Positions 28,232-37,263 of a stretch of DNA of 64,000 nt are shown here, in pieces. Both the position numbers and the translations under genes were made by a program. A model generated the notes under the pieces. It saw only the letters and a list, made by a program, of their open reading frames with translations, ran no database searches and was not told the DNA's origin. This stretch comes from Ostreococcus lucimarinus. Taxonomy: Eukaryota. The stretch lies in NCBI GenBank assembly GCA_000092065.1, contig CP000584.1; one strand, given 5' to 3'. Position 1 is the stretch's first letter. Every line of letters begins with the position of its first letter.

Positions 28232-29095
28232 TCACGAAGCGTCAACCACCGCTGGTAATTCTTCATCGCTCTCCAACTCAAACGTTTGCACGCTCGTGTC
28301 GTTGAACGCGCCTTGCACGGCAAACGTATCCCCCGGATCAAGCAGTGATGCGCGAGCGATGGACGACGCCGCGATGACGTGCGAGGGTCGCTTCTTCTCG
28401 GGATCCGCGCTCTTCGCTCGCCATCGATCGGCGTACGTCTCAAACGTGTTCCCGACGCACACTAAATCTCTCAACGCGCCCACGCTCCAACGCGCGCGAA
28501 CGACGTCTTCGTACAAGTGTCCCTCACAATGCGGCATGTAAAACACCACCAACTCATCCCTCGTCGACGAAGACGCCGACACGTACTCGTCGCACCTTTC
28601 CCGCGTCAACGTCTCGCATTCGTCGCCGTCGCCCGCGAGCACCTTTTCGTCCACAATCGTAAAGCACGGATCGTACGCCTTCAACCGCACGCGCGTCGCG
28701 TCGTCGTTCGACCGTTCGCGCAACCGCTCGCACGCGCGCGACGCGAACGCGAGCTGACACCTCGCCGCCGCGCTCGCGTCCGGCGACCCCAAACCCAACG
28801 CGAGCACCGTCACCGCCCGCCCGCGCGCGCGCGTCGCCGCCGCGTCGCGCACCGCGTCGACGGCGGCGTCCAGGCGCGACGCCGCGCGCACGTCCGCCGT
28901 CGCGCGTTCGACGCGCGTCGCGCACGCGGCGACGCGCGCGGCGAGTTCTTCCGCCGACAGCGCCGCTTCCTCGGCGCGCGCGTCGACGGCGCGGTTCGTC
29001 GCCGCCGCGCGCGCGGCGAGCGCGGCCTCGGCCCTGGCGCCGATCGCGCGCTTACCCGCGCGCGTCACCGGCGTCCAGGCGTCGTCGGGCGCCAT
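28232..29095 (-). CDS. SRR1: SRR1-domain protein (sensitivity to red light reduced 1 family); listed ORF trimmed to ATG 29095
   Basis: 'VTVLALGLGSPDASAAARCQLAFASRACERL...RLKAYDPCFTIVDEKVL...LVVFYMPHCEGHLYEDVVRARWSVGALRDLVCVGNTFETYADRW' matches SRR1/SRRD core. Confidence 0.72.
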   Translation of the reverse strand: MAPDDAWTPVTRAGKRAIGARAEAALAARAAATNRAVDARAEEAALSAEELAARVAACATRVERATADVRAASRLDAAVDAVRDAAATRARGRAVTVLALGLGSPDASAAARCQLAFASRACERLRERSNDDATRVRLKAYDPCFTIVDEKVLAGDGDECETLTRERCDEYVSASSSTRDELVVFYMPHCEGHLYEDVVRARWSVGALRDLVCVGNTFETYADRWRAKSADPEKKRPSHVIAASSIARASLLDPGDTFAVQGAFNDTSVQTFELESDEELPAVVDAS

Positions 29096-29388
29096 CGCGC
29101 CGCCGCGACGTCGCGCGCGCGGTGTGACGTTTCGCGACGGCGCGCGCGCGTCGGCCGCGTCGCGCGACGGCGCGCCCGTAACTTTCGCGAGCTCGCGGCG
29201 CGCGACGCGCGCCGCTTGGCTTACGGGTACACTAAATACGCACTGTACCTGAAAGTGTCCGAACCCTAAATTTTTTTGTTTACGACGCGAACCGACGGTT
29301 TTGACGCGACACTCTCGAGGCGACGCTCGGGCGTTACGACGCACACGACGACGCGCGAGGACGACGACGACGACGACGCGCGAGGACG

Positions 29389-29947
29389 ATGCGGGTGCAC
29401 ATCAAGCCCAGGCTGCAGCAGGAGAAGTGGAGCCTGTACTGGAAGACGTCGATGTCCACGAGAACGTTCGCGCTCGACGAATTCGACTTGGAGGTGAAGC
29501 ACGACGAGACGACGGCGAAGGAGGTGAGGACGCGCGAAAACTTTGAAATGCGGCATTCGATGACGTTTCACGCGCGCAGGTGAAGGCGAGAGTGGCGGAG
29601 TTCATCGGGCTCCCGCCCGTGGAGACGTTGCATCGATTGGAAGAGTTCGTCGAGCCTTGGGAGTTGATGTGCGCGCGAGACGACGCGACGGCGACGGCGA
29701 AGACGCGACTCCGTCGATAGTCTCGCGAAACGTGACTGACTGCGTCGTGAATTGACCTGTGTTTCCGATTTAAAACAGTATGTATAACGGCCGCGAGCTC
29801 GATGACGGCAAAACGCTCGCCGCGTGCGGCGTTCCGGCCGAAGACGGCGTGAGCGTCGTCGTCGTACGCAAGCAGCTCGTCGCCGAAGGTTGGAAGCTAC
29901 GATTTGAAGATAACGAAGACTCGGACACGGAAGACGACGATTTTTAA
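29389..29947 (+). CDS. Elongin-B-like ubiquitin-like protein, 3 exons: 29389..29523, 29580..29668, 29779..29947 (model tentative for exon 2/3 junction)
   Basis: exon 3 'IMYNGRELDDGKTLAACGVPAEDGVSVVVVRKQL...DSDTEDDDF*' vs human ELOB '[21 protein letters not shown]'; exon 1-2 '...LEVKHDETTAKEVKARVAEFIGLPPVETLHRL' is the Ubl beta-grasp/helix; unspliced ORF ends at 29583; introns GTGAGG...CAG (56 nt) and GTGCGCGCGAGACG...GTGACTGACTG...AAAACAG (110 nt). Confidence 0.5.
29524..29579 (+). other. spliceosomal intron 1 of Elongin-B-like gene (56 nt, GTGAGG...CGCGCAG)
   Basis: restores Ubl reading frame; phase 0. Confidence 0.45.
29669..29778 (+). other. spliceosomal intron 2 of Elongin-B-like gene (110 nt, GTGCGCG donor, GTGACTGACTG branch motif, AAAACAG acceptor)
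   Basis: joins '...EPWEL' + 'I' (split codon at+t) + 'MYNGRELDDGKTL'; motif set shared with other introns in window. Confidence 0.5.
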
Positions 29948-30002
29948 GCCATCGTAACGACGCGCGCGGATGTAACGTAACGTGATCATGAGAAGCGTGC
30001 GA

Positions 30003-31022
30003 TTACATTGCGGGTTCCTCCGCGTCTTGCGTCTCGGGCGCCGATTTCGTGAACTCGGCCTCGAACGCCATGACTTGTGATTCCGCCGCTTGCACGGCTT
30101 CGCGGTCCATGAGCGCCAAGAATTCGTCCAACTTCCCGATCGCGCTCTTGCTCGCCTTGCTCGAAAACTTGGCGTACTCGGCGGCTTTGCCGCCTCCGAC
30201 GGCGCCCATGTTCTCGAAATACTTCGAGTAGTTGACCTTTTCCATGTACTCCAAGAAATCGAACGCGATCTCGCGCGCCTTTTGCTCTTTACTCCCGCTC
30301 AAGTACGCCGCGGCTTTGAATAGATTATCCTTCACGTTGTTCGGCGGTCCCACGACGCGACTCACCGTCGAGTTCAACTCGTCCCACGCGCCGTCCTCCG
30401 CCAACGTCGCCGCCCTGCGCAGCAACTCCCGACTCCGCACCACGGGCACCAAATAAAAGAACAACGGTTTCACCGGCTCCGGGCTCTCGATCGAGATCTG
30501 ACTCAGCCCCACGAACGCCGCCGTCAGCGCCGCGCCGACGATCGCTCGTCGCCGCACCGTCTTCTCCTCCTCCTCCGTCATCCCAGCCTCACCGACCCCA
30601 CCCGCCTCGCTCGGCTGTTCGCGCACCAAGAACTCCATTCCATCTTTCAACCACGCGTCGCCCTCGCTCCTCGTTCCGAACAGCGTCTCTCGCTTTCCGA
30701 CGCCGTCCACGCGCGCCTTGCCCGTCGTCCCGCGCGGCGTCTCGCGCGCCAGCTCGTCCACCGTCTTCACCGTCGCCGCGCCGCCGCTCTTCGCCTCCAG
30801 CGCCGCGCGCAGGCGCTCGCGATCCTCCTCCGCGCGTTTCAGCCGCTCGACGACGTCCGCGAGCGACGCCTCGCTCAGCGGCGCGTCGTCGCCGTCGTCG
30901 TCGCGCGACGTCGACGCGCGTCGCGATCGCCGCGCGTCGCCTCGTCGCGCGCGTCGCCTCGTCGCCGCGCGGACGCGCGACGACGCGCCGCGCGTCGTCG
31001 TCGTCGTCGCGCGCGCGCGCAT
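30003..31022 (-). CDS. PsbQ-like (OEE3 fold) protein with twin-arginine lumen-type signal; N-terminal extent uncertain (ATG candidates 31229, 31022, 30638, 30581)
   Basis: 'VRRRAIVGAALTAAFVGLSQ' RR + hydrophobic; C-terminal about 150 aa helical 'ELLRRAATLAEDGAWDELNS...NLFKAAAYLSGSKEQKAREIAFDFLEYMEKVNYSKYFENMGAVGGGKAAEYAKFSSKASKSAIGKLDEFLALM' with PsbQ-like register; overlaps TrmB ORF on other strand at its 5' end. Confidence 0.45.
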   Translation of the reverse strand: MRARATTTTTRGASSRVRAATRRRARRGDARRSRRASTSRDDDGDDAPLSEASLADVVERLKRAEEDRERLRAALEAKSGGAATVKTVDELARETPRGTTGKARVDGVGKRETLFGTRSEGDAWLKDGMEFLVREQPSEAGGVGEAGMTEEEEKTVRRRAIVGAALTAAFVGLSQISIESPEPVKPLFFYLVPVVRSRELLRRAATLAEDGAWDELNSTVSRVVGPPNNVKDNLFKAAAYLSGSKEQKAREIAFDFLEYMEKVNYSKYFENMGAVGGGKAAEYAKFSSKASKSAIGKLDEFLALMDREAVQAAESQVMAFEAEFTKSAPETQDAEEPAM

Positions 31023-32241
31023 GGCGTCGCGTCGCGTCGCGTCGCGGCGTCGCGCGTCGCCGTCTCGCGCGTCGTCACTTCGCGCGTCGATGCGACGCGC
31101 GGCGTCGACGCTTCGCTTCGCGGCGCGACGCGAGGCCTCGAGCGCGAGCGCGCGAAGGGTCGTCTCGGGATCGGCGTCGCGCGCGCGCGTCGGGACGGCG
31201 CGTCGCGCGCGCGCGCGCGCGGCGAGCATGCGCGCGCGCGTCGACGGCGGCGGCGGCGGCGAACGCGTCGCGGACGCGCGCGGCGAGGAGACGCGCGGCG
31301 AGGGCGCGAGCGCGAGCGAGGGCGGTAAAAAGCAAAAGCGCGACCCGGCGGCGTCGCTGGGCGTGACGGGGATGCGGAACTTTACGCTGAAGCACGGCGC
31401 GCTGCTCATGACGGAGGCGAGCGCGTTCGCGGATTTGAACCTGCAGGAGGCGAGTAAAAAGGTGAGAGGGGTGCGCGTGCGTCAGCACGTGAACCCGCTG
31501 ACGAAGAGGTTTCAAACGCAGGCGCCGGCGCCGGCGTGGAGGGAGGTGTATAGGGACGCGGGGAAGCCGTTGACGATCGACGTGGGGTGCGCGGGCGGGC
31601 GGTTCGATTTGTTGTACGCGAAGCGGAATCCGGATAAGAACGTGCTGGGGTTGGACATCCGCGAACCGCTCGTCGAACGAGGGTTATCGTGGGGAGAGGC
31701 GTCGGGGGTGGTGGATAACGTGCACTTCGCGACGTGTAACGCGACGGTGTCCATCGGGGAGTGGATCAAGAGTTATCACGAGACGAGCGGCGCGACGGTG
31801 GACTTGGTGACCATTTTACACCCGGATCCGCACTTTAAGACGAAGCACAAGAAGCGTCGAATCGTGCAGGCGACGATGGTTCGGCAGCTGGCGAGGGAGA
31901 TGCGCCCCGGTGCGCGCGTGTACTTGCAATCGGATGTGGAAGAGCTCACCGAGGACATGCGCGAGAAATTCGAGCGCTTTTCCGACGGGTGCTTCGATTT
32001 GGACCATGAGTTGTACGACGTCGACGACGTTCGCGCGAAGGCGACAGCGGCGGCCAACGAACCAGTGGATGATAACGACTCTGACGACGACGATGGGTGG
32101 CGATCGACGTGGGTGCACGGCGGATGGCTGAGCGAGAATCCAATCGGCATTCCTTCAGAACGCGAGGTGCAGACGCTCGGCGAAGGGCTTCCCGTGTACC
32201 GAGTCATGCTCCGTCGCACCGAGAAAGCCTGTGCAAACTAA
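31021..32241 (+). CDS. TRMB: tRNA (guanine-N7)-methyltransferase, TrmB-type, with S/R-rich organellar presequence (alternative ATG 31228)
   Basis: 'VRQHVNPLTKRFQ...LTIDVGCAGGRFDLLYAKRNPDKNVLGLDIREPLV...VDLVTILHPDPHFKTKHKKRRIVQATMVRQLAREMRPGARVYLQSDVEELTEDM' = TrmB core; 'MASRRVASRRRASPSRASSLRAS' leader. Confidence 0.78.
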   Translation: MASRRVASRRRASPSRASSLRASMRRAASTLRFAARREASSASARRVVSGSASRARVGTARRARARAASMRARVDGGGGGERVADARGEETRGEGASASEGGKKQKRDPAASLGVTGMRNFTLKHGALLMTEASAFADLNLQEASKKVRGVRVRQHVNPLTKRFQTQAPAPAWREVYRDAGKPLTIDVGCAGGRFDLLYAKRNPDKNVLGLDIREPLVERGLSWGEASGVVDNVHFATCNATVSIGEWIKSYHETSGATVDLVTILHPDPHFKTKHKKRRIVQATMVRQLAREMRPGARVYLQSDVEELTEDMREKFERFSDGCFDLDHELYDVDDVRAKATAAANEPVDDNDSDDDDGWRSTWVHGGWLSENPIGIPSEREVQTLGEGLPVYRVMLRRTEKACAN

Positions 32242-32265
32242 TTCGATGTTACAATAATTTCTTTC

Positions 32266-34785
32266 CTATACGTTACTGGTCGACCCTCTGCTCGCCGAAG
32301 TCGCCGCGCGTTGCCTCGAAGCTCGCGCTTCGATTAAACGCGAAGATGGCCCCGCCGCGCGCGGTTCGCTCGGCGCTCGCCGGGGACTGCTATTCGTCGA
32401 GAGACGCTGGATGTATCCAAACAATCCGCCGTTATTTGGCGCGCTCGAGCGGACGTATTCGCCACGCGAACTCATCGAACCGGACAGCGGTCTCGCGCTC
32501 AGCGGTCTGGAGCGATCGATTCGCGAACGATTCGAAGCCGGCGTCGTCGGCGTCGTCGGCACGATATCGAGCGCCACCGCACGCCGGCGCGCTGCAAGCG
32601 GGCGTGGTGTTTGTGCTTGCGCGCCCGTCACTTTTTCCACGGAATGCGTCCTTCCATGTCGTGGCGATGGTTCCAAACGACCGTCCGCGGGCTTCCACTT
32701 GTCGTCGTTTTGCGCGGAAATTCCACTCTGAAATTCCTTGCTCGCGCGAAGCGAGCTCTCGTTTTGCGTTCGCGATATGCTCGCGCGAGCGCTGTCGATG
32801 CGTATACCCTCACGAGTTGCGATGTCTTGCACTAGAGTCTTACTCAATCCAGCGTGGGCCATGACTTCCCAAAACCCACGAATCATCTCACGCTGCTCGC
32901 TGACTATTTGATCGCGAATGGCGAGCTGAAAGTGCAACTCCATGTTCTTCACCCCGACGAGCCTGTACTGTGAAAGAATTCGCAAGAAACTAGGCGATTT
33001 ACCTTCAGCGATCGCGGCGTCTATGCGCGATTGAATGGCGACTCGAACGAGTTCATTCGCTTCTATGTCTTTTCGGTACTTTGCGCCGAGGGATTCATTC
33101 GCGCGAATGGTTTCATCGATGGCGTCGATGCGCCCGCGAAGATTCCGTCGTTCGACGTTGTTCGGGTTCTTTTCTGTGATTTCCACCAGCCTGCGTTTGA
33201 GCGCCGAACGCTCGTACACGTTTTGTGCGTTGATATCTTCGAGCTCAAACAGTGCCTTTTGAATATTAATGCGCTCCTCGACGTTTTCATTTATATCGTC
33301 GCTCAACGCATCCAACCAAGCCTCGGAGAAAGAACCACCCCCGCTCATTCTCGGCTGACTCGTGCTCGGCGTCGCCTCTTTATTCGCCAACTGTGTCTTC
33401 AAACGCGCGACTTTCGATTGCAAATCATCAATCACGTGTTGATAATCGCCGATGTGATGCCGCTCGCGAGTGATGACGACGTTTTGCGCCACGTTGGTCT
33501 TGATCTCCTTCGCCCGATTGGCATATTTCAAGGTATTGATGGTGTGGTTGTACTGTTCGCTCGAAGCACTCACGGTGGCTATCATCGCTGTTCGTGAATT
33601 TCCCGACAAACCATCCTTCAACAGACGGGTCAACTTGGAATTGCGGTATGGGATGTACATGCGGCCCTTCGCCTTCGAGTTGCTGTGACGTCCCAGAGCG
33701 TTGATGCAGTTTGCCAATGCCAGTAAGCTCTTGTTGATATTCGCACCGTCACGGAGTTTCTGTCCGCAGTTTTGCGTGTCCGACGCTCGCTCGCTCCCTG
33801 CCAAATCAACCAAGGAGAGCTTGCCGCATAAAACGTGTTTCTCTTTGCCCTTGGCGCTCTTCTCCCAACGCTTCACGCTAATCTCTAAGACTGCGTGAGA
33901 ACGGCTACTCGTCGCGTTTGCTTCGGTGTGATCGATGCTACGACGCTCGTTACCTTCGTGCAAGAGTTTCGTGATGTCGTCCGGACCCTTGACTGCGATG
34001 CGCGTCAAGCCCATCGGAACTGGGCCGCGCTCGGGATCCTCGCGCAGTTCGAGCGGTGGGCTGTCAACGATGAGTAAATCGTAAATCAGCTCGTTGTACA
34101 CCTCCAAGTACGAGCACTTGACTTCGAATTCGTAGCTCTCGCGCAATGACTTGATTTGATCGAATATGTCAACGAGTGAAAGAAACATCATTCCCGGTTC
34201 ATCGTAGTTGCCGATCATCGTGTGCGTCTTGCCTGAACCCGTCGCGCCGTACGCGAACACGGTCGAGTTCATGCCGTTTACGACGCCCGATATCAAACCA
34301 CGACCAGTAGCGTCGTAGACTTCCGCATTCGTCGCCGTGTCGTTGAAGGCGACGTCAAAGGTGTATCGCCGCGCCTTGCTCCGCCGTTGCACTTGGTCCA
34401 AGTATGCTTTCTCTTCGTCGGGGTCCATCACGACCACTGTGTCGCGATTGACGACGCGTAATATGCTCTTCTTGCGACCAATTCCAGATAAGGACTGCAC
34501 CGAAGACGACAGTGCGTTCGTCGAGCTCGTTAAACGTGCGTTTGGCGTCGATACGGATGTAGCGCTACGCTCCGCGTTTTCGCCTCTCGCCGCGTTGTCC
34601 ACCGATACTTCAACTGGTCTCGTTCGCACTGCGACAAGAAGCTTGGCCGTCTGCGCCGACGGACTCGTCACTGGTCGTCGAGCTTGCTTTTCGACTCCAC
34701 GAAGCCGAGATGGTGGCACGCGGACGTATATAGAGTCATCAGAGGTCGACGTAGACGTGAGAGGTGTCTCAACTTGCGCACGCAT
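32266..34785 (-). CDS. kinesin-8 family motor protein (Kip3/KIF18-like); track start 34821 is GTG
   Basis: motor 'STVFAYGATGSGKTHTMIG...SSRSHAVLEISV...LSLVDLAGSERA...GRMYIPYRNSKLTRLLKDGLSGNSRTAMIATVS...LKYANRAKEIK'; the 'YIPYRNSKLTRLLKD' neck-proximal motif is kinesin-8 typical; coiled-coil tail. Confidence 0.9.
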   Translation of the reverse strand: MRAQVETPLTSTSTSDDSIYVRVPPSRLRGVEKQARRPVTSPSAQTAKLLVAVRTRPVEVSVDNAARGENAERSATSVSTPNARLTSSTNALSSSVQSLSGIGRKKSILRVVNRDTVVVMDPDEEKAYLDQVQRRSKARRYTFDVAFNDTATNAEVYDATGRGLISGVVNGMNSTVFAYGATGSGKTHTMIGNYDEPGMMFLSLVDIFDQIKSLRESYEFEVKCSYLEVYNELIYDLLIVDSPPLELREDPERGPVPMGLTRIAVKGPDDITKLLHEGNERRSIDHTEANATSSRSHAVLEISVKRWEKSAKGKEKHVLCGKLSLVDLAGSERASDTQNCGQKLRDGANINKSLLALANCINALGRHSNSKAKGRMYIPYRNSKLTRLLKDGLSGNSRTAMIATVSASSEQYNHTINTLKYANRAKEIKTNVAQNVVITRERHHIGDYQHVIDDLQSKVARLKTQLANKEATPSTSQPRMSGGGSFSEAWLDALSDDINENVEERINIQKALFELEDINAQNVYERSALKRRLVEITEKNPNNVERRNLRGRIDAIDETIRANESLGAKYRKDIEANELVRVAIQSRIDAAIAEGKSPSFLRILSQYRLVGVKNMELHFQLAIRDQIVSEQREMIRGFWEVMAHAGLSKTLVQDIATREGIRIDSARASISRTQNESSLRASKEFQSGISAQNDDKWKPADGRLEPSPRHGRTHSVEKVTGAQAQTPRPLAARRRAVALDIVPTTPTTPASNRSRIDRSRPLSARPLSGSMSSRGEYVRSSAPNNGGLFGYIQRLSTNSSPRRAPSEPRAAGPSSRLIEARASRQRAATSASRGSTSNV

Positions 34786-35032
34786 CGAACCGTCGCGCGC
34801 AATAAGTCCACGCCGATCCACCGAGCGATGTTGTTATCAGCAAGTGTTTGTCGTTTGCGTAAAGCTCACGCGCGCGTGCGTCCAAGCTTGCATCGCATTG
34901 TGAAGCCACGCGCGGCAGTCAAACTCGGTCAACCGTGTTGACTTTTCGCCGCGACGACAAACTCACGCACACGTGGCAGCAAAATCACGCGCCCCGTGCG
35001 GGGAGGCCGGACGCGAATAAATAGTCAGCGTC

Positions 35033-35741
35033 TTAAAACGAAAGCGTTTGTAACTCGCGGTATAAACCCTGAAGCCGCCGTCGCCGCGCGTCCAACTCCG
35101 GCCGCCCGCTCGTCGTCGTCGCCGCCGCCGCTTCGCACTCCTCATCCGACGCGTCGTCCTCGTCGCATCGCGTTGCGTCGCGCGCACTCACCGACGCGGT
35201 CACACGTTCCTTCTCCACACACGCACCATCAGCTCGTTCACGCTTCAACCGCTCGACGTCTGCCGTCAGTCGCTCGACGTCCCTCGCGCGCGCCTCGCGT
35301 TCGGCGCGCAACGCCTCCCGCAGCGCGTCAACCTCTCCCCGCGTCGTCGTCATCGTCTCCGCGCTCACCAGCGTCGCGTTCCGCTGCACCGCATTCACGA
35401 CGAGTTCCAATAATCGATCCACTCTGGCGTCCATGCGCCGCTCAAACGCCGCGTGATCGAACGTCGTCGTCGTCGACGCGCCGCCGCCGCCGCGCGTCTC
35501 CTCCCTCGCGTCCCCGCCCGCGTCCTCCACCCGCGCCCGCACGCGCTCGACCACGTCCAGCGCCCCTGAAATCATCTCTTGATCTTCCTCTCGCGCGCAC
35601 TTGATGAGCTTGGCGAGCGCGTGCGTGCGCTGATGGCACTTTTCAACCGACATTTCAATCATTCGCAAGCGACGCTCGCGCGCGTCGTCTTCGCGCGCCT
35701 GCGCGTCTCGCGCGGCGCGCGCGCGGTCGTGGAGCTTATCT

Positions 35742-35776
<35 letters not shown>

Positions 35777-35818
35777 GCGCGCCGCGTCGTCGACGCCGTC
35801 GGGACCTGCCGGCGTCAT
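35033..35818 (-). CDS. coiled-coil protein of unknown function (262 aa); poly-Thr tract
   Basis: ATG 35818 verified; 'RLRMIEMSVEKCHQRTHALAKLIKCAREEDQEMISGALDVVERVRARVEDAG...LREALRAEREARARDVERLTADVERLKRE'; TTTTTTTTTT from (acg)10; 23 bp from divergent UBX ATG. Confidence 0.42.
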
Positions 35819-35840
35819 AGTGTGACGCGTTCGTCGCGCG

Positions 35841-37193
35841 ATGGCGCCGCGCGACGTCCTCATCGCGACGTTCGCGAGCGTCACCGGGTGCGCGGACCTG
35901 CGGTACTGCTCGCGCGGGCTGAAGGTGCGCGCGAGGACGCGCGAGGACGCGCGAGGACGCGCGAGACGCGGATTAAAGATGACGATGGCGACGCGATGGT
36001 TTTCGAATTCAACGACGACGCGACGACGCGCGCGCGACGCGAGAGCGCGAGGACGCGAACGCTGACGAACGCCGCGACGATTCGATTGCAAACAGGCGTG
36101 TAACGACGATTTAGACGCGGCGGTGGACGCGTTCTACAACGGGACGCTGGACGCGCGCGCGGCGTCTCTCGACGACGACGACGACGACGAGATCGATCGA
36201 ACGCGAGCGACGCGCGACGGCGCGAGCGGCGATCGCGTGGGCCGAAGAGGCGAGAACGCGGACGATGCGATGGTGATCAGCGACGGCGAAGGGACCATGG
36301 ATGAGGATTCGGATGATTATTGGGACGACGACGGGTCGTCGCCGATCGATTTGATGGGCGAGGACGAGGACGACCCGAGTGACGCGCGGATCTTTGGAAA
36401 TTCGGCCACGGTGAACGCGCGGATGGGACAAGATGCGTGGGGGGGAGATGCGAGAACTCGGGCGCGGATGGAGACGAGAGATCGACTTGGGTTCGGTGGT
36501 GCGGGGGCGTCGGCGTTCCAGGCTCGCGACGGCGGCGACATCGATTTACCGGACGGCATCGATCGCGAGGAGGCGCGAATGTTAGAGGCGGCCATGTTGG
36601 GTGTGGCGTACATTCCACCAGATAACGCAACGGCGAGTAGAATGGCAGATTACGGGCCGAGCGCGCCGGCGCCGGCGAGTGTTTTGAACGCGCGGTCGAT
36701 CACGACGGAGACGGATCGAGCGTACGAAGAGTCGCTGCGGGCGGATCGAGAGAAAGAGGCGCAACGACGGGCGGAGAAAATCGCGAAGGAAATGATTGAG
36801 GCAGAAAAGGCACAGGCGGAGGCGCGAGAAAAAGCCGAAAGAGAGGCCGAGGAAGCGGCGCGCGCGAAAATCGCCGCCGACGCCGCCGAGGCGCTGCCGG
36901 ACGAACCCAACATCGGGGACGACGACGTGGTGAACATTGCGTTTAGATTACCGGACGGTTCACGCGTGATGCGCCGATTTCTATCATCACACAGCGCACG
37001 AGCGCTGTTTTTGTTTATCGACGGTTACGAGAAGCTCCATGCTGGTAGTTCTCGGCTCGCTGTCGAGCCAGGGACGTACAGACTCGTCGCGCAACATCCT
37101 CGTCGGGTCATAGAAAGCGACGACGCGGGGACTATCGCGGAAGCGGGAATCACGCACAAGCAAGAGGCGCTGATGATTGACTTGCTCGGTTAG
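35841..37193 (+). CDS. UBA/UAS/UBX-domain protein (FAF2/UBXD8- or PUX-like), 2 exons: 35841..35924, 36096..37193
   Basis: exon 1 + 2 give 'MAPRDVLIATFASVTGCADLRYCSRGLK|ACNDDLDAAVDAFYNGTL' = UBA-like (cf FAF2 'LQEFCAITGASEEVARHYLEQTDWDLNAAVQLFFE'); C-terminal UBX 'VVNIAFRLPDGSRVMRRFLSSHSARALFLFIDGY...YRLVAQHPRRVI'; intron GTGCGCGCGAGGAC...CGCTGACGAACG...AAACAG. Confidence 0.72.
35925..36095 (+). other. spliceosomal intron of UBX gene (171 nt; contains (GCGCGAGGAC)x3)
   Basis: donor 'aag|gtgcgcgcgag', branch 'cgctgacg' 26 nt before 'aaacag|'; phase 0. Confidence 0.65.
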
Positions 37194-37263
37194 ACTGTGA
37201 ACGCGATTAGCTATGCATTTTTATTAAAGTTCATCGAACGATATGCATGCACTATGCTTCCTA

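Noticed and set aside
30481-30531. Possible minus-strand intron signals (CGCTGACGG ... GAGTCAG) inside the PsbQ-like gene near its RR motif
   Set aside because: The same bases translate in frame to 'ALTAAFVGLSQ', the hydrophobic core of the signal peptide, so the ORF is uninterrupted and the resemblance is coincidental.
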